Positions 46,184 through 56,269 of a stretch of 64,000 bases of DNA are shown here, piece after piece. The notes beneath the pieces are model-generated. The model saw only the letters and a list, made by a program, of their open reading frames with translations. It was not told the origin of the DNA and did not search any database. The position numbers and the translations under genes were made by a program. The DNA comes from Elusimicrobiota bacterium (GTDB lineage: Bacteria > Elusimicrobiota > Elusimicrobia > UBA1565): the NCBI GenBank assembly GCA_041660925.1, contig JBAZVI010000002.1:19906-83905 (forward strand), in the 5' to 3' direction. Within the stretch, counting starts at the first letter, position 1. Every line of letters starts with the position of its first letter.

Positions 46184-47190
46184 TTCTTTATGAGCTTGTC
46201 GGGGTCGAGGCCGGCGAGTTTGAGGTCCTCGCGCACCATGAGGCGCACGAGCTCCTTGAAGCCCACCTTCGGCTTCCAGCCCAGGGCCTTGCGCGCCTTG
46301 GAGGCGTCGCCGATGAGGAGGTCCACCTCGGTCGGGCGCAGGTAGCGCGGGTCGTAGCGGACGAAGTCCTTCGGGTCGAGCTCGACGAGCCCGAAGGCCT
46401 CGTCGAGGAACTCGCGCACGGTGTGGGTCTCGCCGGTGGCGATGACGAAGTCGTCGGCCTTGGGCTGCTGGAGCATGAGCCACATCGCCTCGACGAAGTC
46501 CTTGGCGTAGCCCCAGTCGCGCTTGGAGTCGAGGTTCCCCAGGTGCAGGTGTTCCTGCTTCTTGGCCAGGATGTTGGCCAGCGCCATCGTGATCTTGCGG
46601 GTCACGAAGGTCCCGCCGCGGCGCGGGGACTCGTGGTTGAAGAGGATGCCGTTGGCGGCGTAGATGCCGTACGCCTCGCGGTAGTTCACCGTGGTCCAGT
46701 AGGCGTAGACCTTGGCGCAGGCGTAGGGGCTGCGCGGGTAGAAGGGCGTGGCCTCCGTCTGCGGCACCTGCTGCGCCTTGCCGAACATCTCGGAGCTCGA
46801 GGCCTGGTAGAAGCGCGTCGGGATGCCCGTGTCGCGGATGGCGTCGAGGAGGCGGGTCGTGCTCAGGCCCGTCACGTCGCCGGTGTACTCGGGAGTGTCG
46901 AAGCTCACGCGCACGTGGCTCTGGGCGCCCAGGTGGTAGATCTCGTCGGGCACGAGCTTGCGCAGGATGTGGTTCAGGCCCGAGGAGTCGCTCAAGTCCC
47001 CGTAGTGCAGGAAGAGCTTCACGCCCTCGGTGTGCGGGTCGCGGAAGATGTGGTCGATGCGCTCGGTGTTGAACGAGCTCGAGCGCCGGATGACCCCGTG
47101 CACCTCGTAGCCCTTCTCCAGCAGGAGCTCCGCCAGATAGGACCCGTCCTGCCCCGTGATGCCCGTGATCAGCGCCTTTTTCGTTGCCAT
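46180..47190 (-). CDS. gmd: GDP-mannose 4,6-dehydratase
   Basis: 336 aa; [20 protein letters not shown]-terminus and SDR catalytic YACAK motif typical of Gmd. Confidence 0.9.
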   Translation of the reverse strand: MATKKALITGITGQDGSYLAELLLEKGYEVHGVIRRSSSFNTERIDHIFRDPHTEGVKLFLHYGDLSDSSGLNHILRKLVPDEIYHLGAQSHVRVSFDTPEYTGDVTGLSTTRLLDAIRDTGIPTRFYQASSSEMFGKAQQVPQTEATPFYPRSPYACAKVYAYWTTVNYREAYGIYAANGILFNHESPRRGGTFVTRKITMALANILAKKQEHLHLGNLDSKRDWGYAKDFVEAMWLMLQQPKADDFVIATGETHTVREFLDEAFGLVELDPKDFVRYDPRYLRPTEVDLLIGDASKARKALGWKPKVGFKELVRLMVREDLKLAGLDPDKLIKK

Positions 47191-47225
47191 GTCGTCCGCG
47201 ATTCTAGCAGTTTTCGTCCGAGGAG

Positions 47226-47462
47226 CTACTCGAGTGGAAGCGAATCGATAGTGGCAGGCGGGGAGTCTAAACCGGCGAGGAAACGCGCTACGAATTTTGC
47301 AGCGATGAGCCCGGCGAGCAGGATGAGGATAAGTCGGAGTTGCGTGGCGTGGAAGCGCCGCACCTTCATGTACTTCTTGTAGACGACACCGTCGCGCGTG
47401 ACCTTCCCGATGAATTTGCGACGGTATAATACGCGTTCCCAGCGGGAAGAGGGCATAGGCAC
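47226..47462 (-). CDS. hypothetical small membrane protein (78 aa)
   Basis: ORF track only; one hydrophobic helix; lower-GC region. Confidence 0.35.
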   Translation of the reverse strand: MPMPSSRWERVLYRRKFIGKVTRDGVVYKKYMKVRRFHATQLRLILILLAGLIAAKFVARFLAGLDSPPATIDSLPLE

Positions 47463-47532
47463 ATTTCTCTGTTGTCTCTCTCCGTTTGGAGCGAGAGTCG
47501 GATGTGCGCGGAAGGACGGTGCATCCTACAAA

Positions 47533-48687
47533 TTACAGGAGCATCTCTTCATCCCGATGGCATGGGAGCGTCGAGGGCTTTGATTTCTGCTCATGCAATA
47601 GTGCTAGCTCATGTCCGCGTCGAAGCATCGGCCGCTCAAGCAGATAGAAACTGATTGTGGCGCAGATGAACGCCGCAAGGACGTTCAAAGGGAATGCCTG
47701 TGCGAGACCCAGCGGCCGTCCTGCGAGCTCCGACCCGCTTACGAGGAATATCTGTTGCCAGAGGTAGAGGCCGTAAGAGATTCTCCCTACCCAGCGCAGC
47801 CACGGCAATTCCAGCATGCGACCTGCCAAGGTGTGGGGATTCAGCATCGTGCATGCGACCAGCGCGGCAGCGGATATCCCAAGGAGCATCGTCATGAGCG
47901 GAGGACGAAAGATGACGATCGCAAAGAAGCCGAAGAAAAGGAGTGGGAACTTCGATGGGGAAAGGACGCGTCGGGAGCGTGCTAGCCACGTGGGATACTC
48001 GAATAGAATCGCGGTGAGGCATCCCCAAAGCAGGCCGTCGAACCTCAGATCCGTCCGTGCGGAGCGGTTGAGGCCGGGTATAAACGCATCGACGATCCCG
48101 AATTGCCCATCGAGATTCCTCCAGATCGGGAGAATGAGTACGGCAAGAACGAGAGCGGTCCTTCCATTCCGTATGCCCAGCATCGCGAGACATACAGGCC
48201 AAAGCAAGTAGAACTGTTCTTCGATGGATAGCGACCATATGTGCGCGGTGTACCATCCGTGTCCCGGCGCATATGTGAGCAGGTTGCGAATGTGGAGAAG
48301 ACAAGTCATCCATTCTCCGCGAGAGACATTCACTCCAAAGAGTATCGAGATAACCGCCAAAATGAATAGGAATAACGCGTATGCGGGGATGATTCGGAAT
48401 GCTCGACGGAGATAAAAAGGCAGAAGGGCGAAATCTCCGATTTTCCGTTTATCGCGTATCAGTCTGTTCGTGATGAGAAAACCACTGAGCGTAAAAAAAA
48501 GGTCCACCCCGCAACTGCCGTTGCGCAGGATATTATCGAAAATCCAGGAGAGGACTCTGCCGGGTGGGGTCGGCATGGCTGCGCTGGCATGGGCGACCAA
48601 GACGAGGAGTATAGCGACGCCTCTCCATCCATCCAAAGTCGGGAGATGCCCTTGTAAGAATGAACGCGCATCCTTTTCGCGTTGCAT
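47533..48687 (-). CDS. acyltransferase family 3 membrane protein (OafA/OatA-like O-acyltransferase)
   Basis: Trimmed from ORF 47533..49065 to ATG at 48685-48687 (MQREKDARSFLQGHLPTLDGWRGVAILLVLVAH...); polytopic, acyltransferase-3-like N-terminal motif. Confidence 0.7.
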   Translation of the reverse strand: MQREKDARSFLQGHLPTLDGWRGVAILLVLVAHASAAMPTPPGRVLSWIFDNILRNGSCGVDLFFTLSGFLITNRLIRDKRKIGDFALLPFYLRRAFRIIPAYALFLFILAVISILFGVNVSRGEWMTCLLHIRNLLTYAPGHGWYTAHIWSLSIEEQFYLLWPVCLAMLGIRNGRTALVLAVLILPIWRNLDGQFGIVDAFIPGLNRSARTDLRFDGLLWGCLTAILFEYPTWLARSRRVLSPSKFPLLFFGFFAIVIFRPPLMTMLLGISAAALVACTMLNPHTLAGRMLELPWLRWVGRISYGLYLWQQIFLVSGSELAGRPLGLAQAFPLNVLAAFICATISFYLLERPMLRRGHELALLHEQKSKPSTLPCHRDEEMLL

Positions 48688-48689
48688 CG

Positions 48690-49739
48690 CTAGAAGATGC
48701 GGCTTCGGAATACGAGGATCTGATAGGGGCGCATAAGATGGCGCCCGCCCATCTCGATCAGGAGTTCCGGCAGGTAGCGGCGCGGCTCGAAGAGCGGGAT
48801 CCAGTGCCGATCGAAGAGTGCCTGCGGGCATTCGATGTAGCGGCTGGTGGTATTCGCGATGACGATGTAGTCGCGCAGGCGGTAGCGCCAGGCTTTCGCC
48901 TTGAGGCCAGCGGCGAGGTTTGCAAACGGAGGCGGCTTCGGAGTTCCTTTCTCGAGGATCGGCCGCATAACGGCGAGTTCCCGGACCACCCAGGTCAGGG
49001 CGAACCATAGCGCGGGAGCGTCGGAGAGTACCGCTCCATTCGGCCGGCGGTAGGTGTAGAACCAAAGGCCCTTTGCCCCTTCGAGAATGGCGTGATAACT
49101 CATGAACCGGAGCTCAAGAATGTCAGGGAAGCGGCCGATGGCCGGTTTCCCCGACGGGGGTTTTAGATAATCGCGCCAATCCATCGCTTGCAGAACCGCC
49201 CATACCGGCTTCCCATTTGCTGCGGCGACGGTCATCCTCACCTGTTCACCTAGTGATTCGAGGGGCCGATGGGGCACTGGGTACCAATCCACCATCAGGG
49301 CGTCGCCGCTGGCCGAGTAGCGCTCGGCGGAAGCTCCCCGACCGACGACGAAGGCCGTGGGCGCTCCGTGGGACCAGCCCTTCACTTTACGCTCGAAGGC
49401 GGCGAGCTCTTCCGGAGGGGTCCTGGCGACGTCGGGTTCGTCCTGGAGATACCAGGCGGCGAGTGGGAACCCTTTCGTCGAGACGGTGGAGGTCAGAAGT
49501 TCGTGTGGATGGACGAGAATCCGCATCCGCTCCTTCCGAGCCGCCGATGCAATCGCGTGGAGGGTCGAGGGCTCCCGCGAATAACTCTGGAGCGCGTTGA
49601 AACCTTCCCTGCTCAGTAGCGCGACGGCAGCCGGGTCGTCGACCCCAAATAGGCCGAGCGGGAACCATTGCCCCGGGGCGGACGGTTTTCGAGAGCAGCC
49701 GCAGGTTATGATGAGAAGTCCGATGAAGAGTCTCTTCAC
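48690..49739 (-). CDS. hypothetical lipoprotein/secreted protein
   Basis: From ORF 48690..49826; likely GTG start at 49737-49739 overlapping capD stop (GTGA), giving a signal-like N-terminus KRLFIGLLIITCGC. Confidence 0.55.
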   Translation of the reverse strand: MKRLFIGLLIITCGCSRKPSAPGQWFPLGLFGVDDPAAVALLSREGFNALQSYSREPSTLHAIASAARKERMRILVHPHELLTSTVSTKGFPLAAWYLQDEPDVARTPPEELAAFERKVKGWSHGAPTAFVVGRGASAERYSASGDALMVDWYPVPHRPLESLGEQVRMTVAAANGKPVWAVLQAMDWRDYLKPPSGKPAIGRFPDILELRFMSYHAILEGAKGLWFYTYRRPNGAVLSDAPALWFALTWVVRELAVMRPILEKGTPKPPPFANLAAGLKAKAWRYRLRDYIVIANTTSRYIECPQALFDRHWIPLFEPRRYLPELLIEMGGRHLMRPYQILVFRSRIF

Positions 49740-51598
49740 GGCGACCGGGTGGGTGCTGCGGGCTGGTATGCAGGGACCAAGTCTTTCATCATGTTCCGGA
49801 TGGGCGCAGAGTCCGCAAGCGAGCACAAGCGCTTAAGTTCGCTGATCTGGTCGCGCAAGATCGAGAGGTCGGCCTCTTCGGGGACGGCGGCGAAGATGTC
49901 GGGGTGCCCGGTGTCCATGCGCACATCGTGTGGACGAAACAGCTCCTCGTACATCTTCTCTCCGGGACGCATCCCTGTGAAGACGATCTTGATGTCGCGA
50001 TCGGGTTCGAATCCCGAGAGAAGGATGAGGTTGCGTGCGACGTCCAACACTTTGACGGGTTCGCCCATGTTCAGCACGAAGATCTCCCCGCCTCTGCCCA
50101 GGAAGGCTGCATGAAGGATGAGCTGGACGGCCTCTTCCGTGGTCATGAAGTAGCGGGTCACATCAGGATGCGTGACCGTGACCGGACCTCCCTGGGCGAT
50201 CTGCTCCTTGAAGATGTTGATCGCGCTGCCGGAACTCCCCAAGACGTTGCCGAATCGGACCGATATGAACTTCGTCGAAGACGTCCCGGAGAACGCCCGG
50301 ATGATCATTTCCGCCATGCGCTTCGAGACGCCCATGACACTGGTGGGGCGGACGGCCTTGTCCGTCGATATGAAGAGGAAGCGCTCGACGCCGTGCCGGG
50401 CGCACTTCTCGGCGAGGAGATGGGTGCAGAGGGTGTTGTTCTTGACCGCTTCCTGGGGATTCGATTCCATGAGCGGGACGTGCTTATGCGCGGCGGCATG
50501 GAAGACCAGTTGTGGCCTGTGTGTGACGAAGAGGTTTTCCAGCAGGTCGGCGTCTCCGACGTCGCCCGCGATGGCGAGGCGCGTGACGACGGAGTTCATG
50601 GCGGAAAGCTCCCGGTCGATGTAGAACAAGTCGGTGTTGTGCTTCTCCAGAAGCAGGAGCTTCGAGGGACCGAATCGCATAATCTGCCTAGCGAGCTCCG
50701 AGCCGATGGTCCCCCCCGCGCCGGTCACCAGTACGGTCTTGCCCTGAAGGATGCCTCGGACCGAGGCGAGGTCGGTCTTCACAGACTTGCGAGGGAGGAG
50801 GTCGGCGAGCTCGATCTTGCGCATGCCGCGGGGCTGAGAGTTGTCCTTGCGCAGGGTTTCCTCGAGGGTGGGGACTGTCTTGAACTGGACTTTGAAGCCG
50901 TCTGAGTGGGGGCAGATTTCCATAAGACTCTTGATCAGCGGGCCGCGAGAGTGGTTCACGGCCACGACGATCTCATCGATCTGCTTCTGGGCGATGATCC
51001 TCGGCAGATCTTGACGGCAGCCGAGGATGGCGATTCCATGGATGCTCCGGTGGAGCTTGGCAGGATCGTCATCGATGAAGCCGATGACCCTGTGCGTCTT
51101 GTAGTCTCGGCGTTGCATGTCGCGCACGATGCTTTCCCCCAGGTCTCCGGCGCCGAAGATGAGCACTCTGGGTAGGCTCGAAGTGTCCTGCTGATAGCGC
51201 CATTCGCGCGTGAGCCGGATGGCGAACCGGATCGAGCCGACCAGGATGAGGGTAAGGAGCGGGTCGATGAAGAGCACCGATCTCGGGAATCGCGGGTGCT
51301 GGATGAGCATGAGCGAGGCGATGATGAAGATCTGGCTGGAGCTGACGGCCTTGAACAGGGCGTTCAAGTCCGACATGCTCGCATAGCGCCAGACGCCGGC
51401 GTAGGCTCCGAAGTACGCGAAGGCTCCGGTGCGGAGAAGGACGACGATCCCGATCGTCGACGCGCAGATGCTCAACTCATGCCCGGGCACCTGGAAGTCG
51501 AATCGGAGAAGGAATGCAAGAGCGTAGGAGACGAGGAAAGCCGAGATGTCCGCGAAGAGGACTAAGGGGCGGCTGAATGCAATGAGTCTCTTATACAT
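49736..51598 (-). CDS. membrane-anchored nucleotide-sugar 4,6-dehydratase (CapD/PglF/WbpM family)
   Basis: From ORF 49736..51652, probable ATG at 51596-51598 (MYKRLIAF...); N-terminal TM helices then SDR domain with LVTGAGGTIGSEL. Confidence 0.8.
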   Translation of the reverse strand: MYKRLIAFSRPLVLFADISAFLVSYALAFLLRFDFQVPGHELSICASTIGIVVLLRTGAFAYFGAYAGVWRYASMSDLNALFKAVSSSQIFIIASLMLIQHPRFPRSVLFIDPLLTLILVGSIRFAIRLTREWRYQQDTSSLPRVLIFGAGDLGESIVRDMQRRDYKTHRVIGFIDDDPAKLHRSIHGIAILGCRQDLPRIIAQKQIDEIVVAVNHSRGPLIKSLMEICPHSDGFKVQFKTVPTLEETLRKDNSQPRGMRKIELADLLPRKSVKTDLASVRGILQGKTVLVTGAGGTIGSELARQIMRFGPSKLLLLEKHNTDLFYIDRELSAMNSVVTRLAIAGDVGDADLLENLFVTHRPQLVFHAAAHKHVPLMESNPQEAVKNNTLCTHLLAEKCARHGVERFLFISTDKAVRPTSVMGVSKRMAEMIIRAFSGTSSTKFISVRFGNVLGSSGSAINIFKEQIAQGGPVTVTHPDVTRYFMTTEEAVQLILHAAFLGRGGEIFVLNMGEPVKVLDVARNLILLSGFEPDRDIKIVFTGMRPGEKMYEELFRPHDVRMDTGHPDIFAAVPEEADLSILRDQISELKRLCSLADSAPIRNMMKDLVPAYQPAAPTRSP

Positions 51599-51673
51599 GG
51601 TCGCAGAACTCGAGGTATCTCGGGTGCCGAGCCGTTCGGCTCGGGTGAGCATATCCGGCGGATAGAGGAGTAT

Positions 51674-53575
51674 TCACCGGGCGGTGCTGTCGACGCGGAG
51701 CAGGGTCTTCACTCCAGCCCCGGACTCCGACAGTTCCCATGCGCGCGAGAACTCCGCTAGCGGGAGGGGTTCGGAAAGCATAGATTCCGGGGAGAGTCGT
51801 GCTAGGATCTTCAGGGCCTCCTCGAAGTCTTCCCCGCTGCTTCCAACGGAGCCGATGACGGACTTGTCACTGCCGACGATGGACTCGAAATTGAAGGGGA
51901 CCTCTGCGTAGGGAAAGCCCAGGAGGAGCAGGGTGGCGCCCGCGCGGCTCTTCGATAGCGCCGAGTGCAATGCGCCGACATCTCCTGTCGCCTCGATGAG
52001 GATGTCGAAATCCGCAAGGGCTGCGAGGTCTGTCGATACGGCGATTCCCGCCTCCTTGAGGACGCTTAGGCGTCCTTCGTTGCGGTCGAAGGTCGTCACG
52101 GATTCGCCGCGCAGTGACAGGACTTTCGCGGCGAGATGCCCGATGGGGCCGGCGCCGATGACTGCATGGCGAAGTACTCCACGAGCGCCGTGTGTCGAAG
52201 CATCGAGGCGACGCAGGGCCTTCAAGACAACCGCCGTGGGCTCGCATAGACAGGCCGCTCGAAGCGAAACCTCTGGAGGGATGCGATGGACGAATCGCCC
52301 CGGCACGACGACGTATTCGGAATACCCGCCGTCGCGTCCCATCACACCCACTTCAGCCCTTTGAGAACAGCCAATGGCGTTCCCGCGCTGGCAGGGTCCG
52401 CAATCGCCGCAGCCCTGGATGCACTCAGCGACGACGAGGTCTCCTTCCGCGACGTTCTCGACGCGCGGCCCCGCTGCGACCACGGTGCCGGAGAACTCAT
52501 GCCCAGGGACGATGGGATAACGGGCAAGGCCGGTCCTATAGTATCCGAGGGAGCCGTGGTAGATGTCGAGGTCAGTTCCGCAGACGCCCTCGAAGGCGAC
52601 GCGGATGAGCACGTCTCCGGGGCGGATCTCTGGCAGTTCGATGTCGACGTACGCCGCGTCACGCGGCCCGCGGACGACGACGGCCCGCGAACGACGGTCG
52701 AAGAAAAGGCGCTCGCGCTTGAGGGGGTTGTCCATCGCGGCGCCGTCGAGGACTCCTGCGCAGGTCCCGCGGAGCTTCTCCCAGCGAAAACGAAGGATCT
52801 CCGGGGTCTTGGTGAGGAGTTTCCCTTCTCTCGCTGCCCTGCGAAGGTCGCCCGCAGTACGGCGGGCTTCCTGGACCAACGCGACCGGCAGATCCCGGCG
52901 GTTCAAGACGCCTATCCACTTGGCGGCCTGCCCTTCGCGATAGAATCTGCGACGTACCTGGCTCCAGTTCTCGTCATGGATATGACGAATGTCGGCCTTG
53001 GCGGCGTAGACGACGACGAAGCCTTGCTCCATCCAGTGCTTCGCCCATTCGATGTCCTCGAGCCCCGGCAGGGTCTCGTCGAAGGGGTGTTTCTCCCAGA
53101 GGTCCCGGCGGATCGCCGAGTTCGCGTTGTTGGCGAAGAAGTCCGGAGGTGTCAGGATTCGGTCTGCGACGCCGAACGTGCGCTGGAAGTCGAGCTGCTC
53201 GGAAAACTTCGAGCGATCGTCGCCGGATTGCCGCCCGTAGACCATCGCGGTGCGCCCGTCGCGGAGGGGCTTTATCAGTTCTTCAAGCCAATGCATGCCC
53301 GCGGGAACGGTGTGTGCGGAGACGATGGCGAGGAAGCGCCCCTCGGACGCTTGGATCCCCACGTTGAGGGAGTGCCCGAAGGTGAAGTCGTGACGGGTCA
53401 GGCGAACGAGGCGATGCGTCCGTTCCGAGGCGATTTGCCGGGTGTGGTCGAAGGAGCCGGAATCCACGACGATGATCTCAAAGTCTCTGTAGCTTTGCGC
53501 GGCAAGGCCGTCGAGCAGGACCGGCAGATGCCGCTCTTCGTTGAATGCGCGGATGATGATCGATGTCTCAGGCAT
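51674..53575 (-). CDS. fusion protein: N-terminal family-2 glycosyltransferase domain + C-terminal zinc-dependent alcohol dehydrogenase (MDR) domain
   Basis: 633-aa continuous ORF; GT2-like start (IIIRAFNEE, IIVVDSGS) then MDR-like region (RVAFEGVCGTDL, GHEFSGTV, Rossmann GAGPIGHLA). Confidence 0.7.
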   Translation of the reverse strand: MPETSIIIRAFNEERHLPVLLDGLAAQSYRDFEIIVVDSGSFDHTRQIASERTHRLVRLTRHDFTFGHSLNVGIQASEGRFLAIVSAHTVPAGMHWLEELIKPLRDGRTAMVYGRQSGDDRSKFSEQLDFQRTFGVADRILTPPDFFANNANSAIRRDLWEKHPFDETLPGLEDIEWAKHWMEQGFVVVYAAKADIRHIHDENWSQVRRRFYREGQAAKWIGVLNRRDLPVALVQEARRTAGDLRRAAREGKLLTKTPEILRFRWEKLRGTCAGVLDGAAMDNPLKRERLFFDRRSRAVVVRGPRDAAYVDIELPEIRPGDVLIRVAFEGVCGTDLDIYHGSLGYYRTGLARYPIVPGHEFSGTVVAAGPRVENVAEGDLVVAECIQGCGDCGPCQRGNAIGCSQRAEVGVMGRDGGYSEYVVVPGRFVHRIPPEVSLRAACLCEPTAVVLKALRRLDASTHGARGVLRHAVIGAGPIGHLAAKVLSLRGESVTTFDRNEGRLSVLKEAGIAVSTDLAALADFDILIEATGDVGALHSALSKSRAGATLLLLGFPYAEVPFNFESIVGSDKSVIGSVGSSGEDFEEALKILARLSPESMLSEPLPLAEFSRAWELSESGAGVKTLLRVDSTAR

Positions 53576-54527
53576 CGGTGGGCCCGACGGCGGCCGGAGC
53601 GAGTACGCGGAGGAGGTTCAGGATCGTATTCTCGTGGACCCTTGCCGCGGAGGATGGACTGCTGTTCGCGTTGTGCGGGGAAAGCAGGCAGTTGCTGTGG
53701 CGGCGCAACGGGCTGTCCGCCGGAAGCGGTTCTCGCTCGTAGACATCGAGTGCGGCTCCGGCAAGTCGTCTCTCGTCGAGCGCTTGCGCCAGCGCGGACT
53801 CCACGACGACCGGGCCTCTCGAAGTGTTGATGAGGTACCCCGAAGAGCGCATCCTCTTCAAGGCCGCGGCGTCGATGAGACTGCGGCTGGTCTCGTTGAG
53901 GTCGGGGTGGAGGGAGACGAAGTCCGACTCTTCGAGGAGTCGTTCCCGGTTCACAATCGACATCCCGACGGCGTCCAGATAACCTCTTTCCGGGATGACA
54001 GGGTCGCAGCCGAGGATGCGCATGCCGAATGCCGCCGCGCGGCGGCCTACTGCCCGGCCGATGTTTCCCACCCCGATGATTCCCAAGGTCTTTTCCTTGA
54101 GTGCGAAGAGTTGGGGCTTCTCCCAAAGGCCATTGCGCATATCCTGATCCATGCGGGCGAGACCGCGCGCAAAGAGGAGCATGTATCCAAGGACAGTGTC
54201 TGCGACGGGCTCAGTGAAAGCATCGGGTGTGTTTCTAACGGGGATTCCGCGAGCCGCCGCCGCGACCTTGTCGATCGAATCGATGCCTGTTCCCCATTTC
54301 GAGATGACCTTGAGTCGCGGAGCGGCGTCCAGGACCTTTGCGGTGATCTGGTCGTCTCCGCAGATGATTCCGTCGACGTCCTTGATCAGCTCGAGAAGCT
54401 CTCCTTCCGTCAGGCGCTCGCGGACTCTGGCGATGACAAGCTCGCAACCGGCCTCCTCGAGGCGCCTACGGTAGATGTCGAGGACGGGCATGACGTACGG
54501 CGCGGAGATTAAGACGCGAGACTTCAT
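53568..54527 (-). CDS. D-isomer-specific 2-hydroxyacid dehydrogenase (phosphoglycerate dehydrogenase-like)
   Basis: 319 aa; NAD-binding GIIGVGNIGRAVG and 2-hydroxyacid dehydrogenase-like catalytic region. Confidence 0.8.
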   Translation of the reverse strand: MKSRVLISAPYVMPVLDIYRRRLEEAGCELVIARVRERLTEGELLELIKDVDGIICGDDQITAKVLDAAPRLKVISKWGTGIDSIDKVAAAARGIPVRNTPDAFTEPVADTVLGYMLLFARGLARMDQDMRNGLWEKPQLFALKEKTLGIIGVGNIGRAVGRRAAAFGMRILGCDPVIPERGYLDAVGMSIVNRERLLEESDFVSLHPDLNETSRSLIDAAALKRMRSSGYLINTSRGPVVVESALAQALDERRLAGAALDVYEREPLPADSPLRRHSNCLLSPHNANSSPSSAARVHENTILNLLRVLAPAAVGPTDA

Positions 54528-55330
54528 CGGAATGCCTCTCGACGGTACTGCGCGAAGGCGGGGTCGCTGCGCATCAGTCGTTCCGCTCGACGCAGGTCGG
54601 ACGGCGTGTCAACCGACTGTGTCCGTTCCTTTGTGCGAATCATGCGGACGGGGATCCCGTGTCCCACGAAGCGGAGCATGTCGATGGATTCTGCCTTTTC
54701 GAGGGCGGTCGGCTCGAGTCTTTCGAAAGCAAGGAGCGCATCCCGGCGGAATGGGATGACGCATACCTGCTTGAAGACCCGCAGATCGCGGAAGTTCACG
54801 CGCGCCGTCGTCGGGATGGGCTCCCTGGAGAAGTAGAGGGCGTCCCCCCTCTCGTCGGTCACGACCTTGATCGTGTTGGGGTCTGAGAAGTCGCGCTCGT
54901 CATCGATGGGGGCCATCAGGTTTACGCATTGGACCTTCGGGTCCTCCCGCATGGGGAGGAGCGCTTGCTCCAGCATCCGCGTGGTGATGAGCGGCTCGTC
55001 GCCCTGGACCATAAGGATGATCGTCTCCTTGCGCGACCGCGCTATCTCCGCGACGCGGTCGGTGGCTCGCTGGTGGGAGGGAGAGGTCATCACGGCCTGG
55101 GCACCGAAGGCGGCGGCGGCGCGGGCGATCTCCTTGTCGCAGGTCGCGATGAGGACTCTGGAGATCATCGGACAGCGCCGGACTCTCCTCCATACATGCT
55201 CGATCATCGGCAGGCCGGCGATGCGGGCGAGCGGCTTCCCCGGGAAGCGGGTCGATGCCATCCTCGCGGGGATGACGCAGAGGACCTCCGCATCCGTGCG
55301 GTTCAACTCAGCTCGACGGAGACCTGGCAT
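54524..55330 (-). CDS. sugar-acid cytidylyltransferase (CMP-Kdo / CMP-nonulosonate synthetase family)
   Basis: From ORF 54524..55540, probable ATG at 55328-55330; motif VIPARMASTRFPGKPLA typical of the KdsB/NeuA family. Confidence 0.75.
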   Translation of the reverse strand: MPGLRRAELNRTDAEVLCVIPARMASTRFPGKPLARIAGLPMIEHVWRRVRRCPMISRVLIATCDKEIARAAAAFGAQAVMTSPSHQRATDRVAEIARSRKETIILMVQGDEPLITTRMLEQALLPMREDPKVQCVNLMAPIDDERDFSDPNTIKVVTDERGDALYFSREPIPTTARVNFRDLRVFKQVCVIPFRRDALLAFERLEPTALEKAESIDMLRFVGHGIPVRMIRTKERTQSVDTPSDLRRAERLMRSDPAFAQYRREAFR

Positions 55331-56247
55331 TCGAGTGTGCCTCCCGGGAGAAGTTCCGCGCAAGTGCCGTTCTTGAGCGCCGCGCCCAGATCCTTCGGCA
55401 TGTTCGTGCAAGGTTCGAGGACCACGGTGTAAAGGTCCCGCCAGCCTCCGAAGGTCATGAATAGCCAAGTGAAGGGAAATACGTGAAGAGGAAAGTGCAG
55501 GCGGATGCGGCGTCCCGTACGCGAATCCCTGACTCCGCACCAGCCCGCTGGGAGGTCTCGGACGCAGAGGAAATCGCGGTGCTTATGCTCGGGAGAGGGC
55601 AGCTCTTCGAGGTTTACTCGGCGCCCTTCTGGGCCTGGGGCGAGCGGCCAAGTGAAACCCCCGCCAGAGACGATTCGAGTCCCGAAGCCTTCTTCGATGG
55701 GGAGGACAGTCCCTCCAGGGAGCTCTAGACGATGATGAGGTGTCACCGCGATGGGGAGGTGCTGTTTGAAGAGAAAGCGCAAGGGTTTGTCATCGAGATT
55801 GCGGATCCGGTAGCGGATGTCCATCCGTGCCGCTTCCGGGTCCATGGAGACGGTCTTCTCGCAGTAGGCGGGGACGGAGGCTGTCCTCAGGGTCATCTGA
55901 GCGCAACGCTCTGTCTCCTCGCAATCCCATGCCCGCGACCACCATTCCCCATGATCCGGTAATCTTCGGCCCTGAAACGAGCATTCCGCGTCATTCGGGA
56001 AAAGCTCTTCCCAGCCGCCGGACCAATGGTCGTCGTATCCGGCGCTTTCGTGCGGGCGCTGCAGGCCGACGTGCGGGTTCCGCCAGATCCATTCGGTTCC
56101 CGTGGCCTTGTCGACCAAACTCCAAATCTTCGCGCCGAAATCCGGAAGGATGTCGGCGTGCATTCGGGGGTTTTCAAGGCGAATGACACGGTGAGCGGCG
56201 CTGCCGCAGTGGCCTTTCGTGCGCACCGTCATCTTCCCGTTTGGCAT
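55303..56247 (-). CDS. hypothetical protein
   Basis: From ORF 55303..56355, start uncertain (ATG 56245-56247 or 56230-56232); no family recognised. Confidence 0.5.
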   Translation of the reverse strand: MPNGKMTVRTKGHCGSAAHRVIRLENPRMHADILPDFGAKIWSLVDKATGTEWIWRNPHVGLQRPHESAGYDDHWSGGWEELFPNDAECSFQGRRLPDHGEWWSRAWDCEETERCAQMTLRTASVPAYCEKTVSMDPEAARMDIRYRIRNLDDKPLRFLFKQHLPIAVTPHHRLELPGGTVLPIEEGFGTRIVSGGGFTWPLAPGPEGRRVNLEELPSPEHKHRDFLCVRDLPAGWCGVRDSRTGRRIRLHFPLHVFPFTWLFMTFGGWRDLYTVVLEPCTNMPKDLGAALKNGTCAELLPGGTLECQVSVELS

Positions 56248-56269
56248 GGAGGGATTCGCTCTAGCGTAG

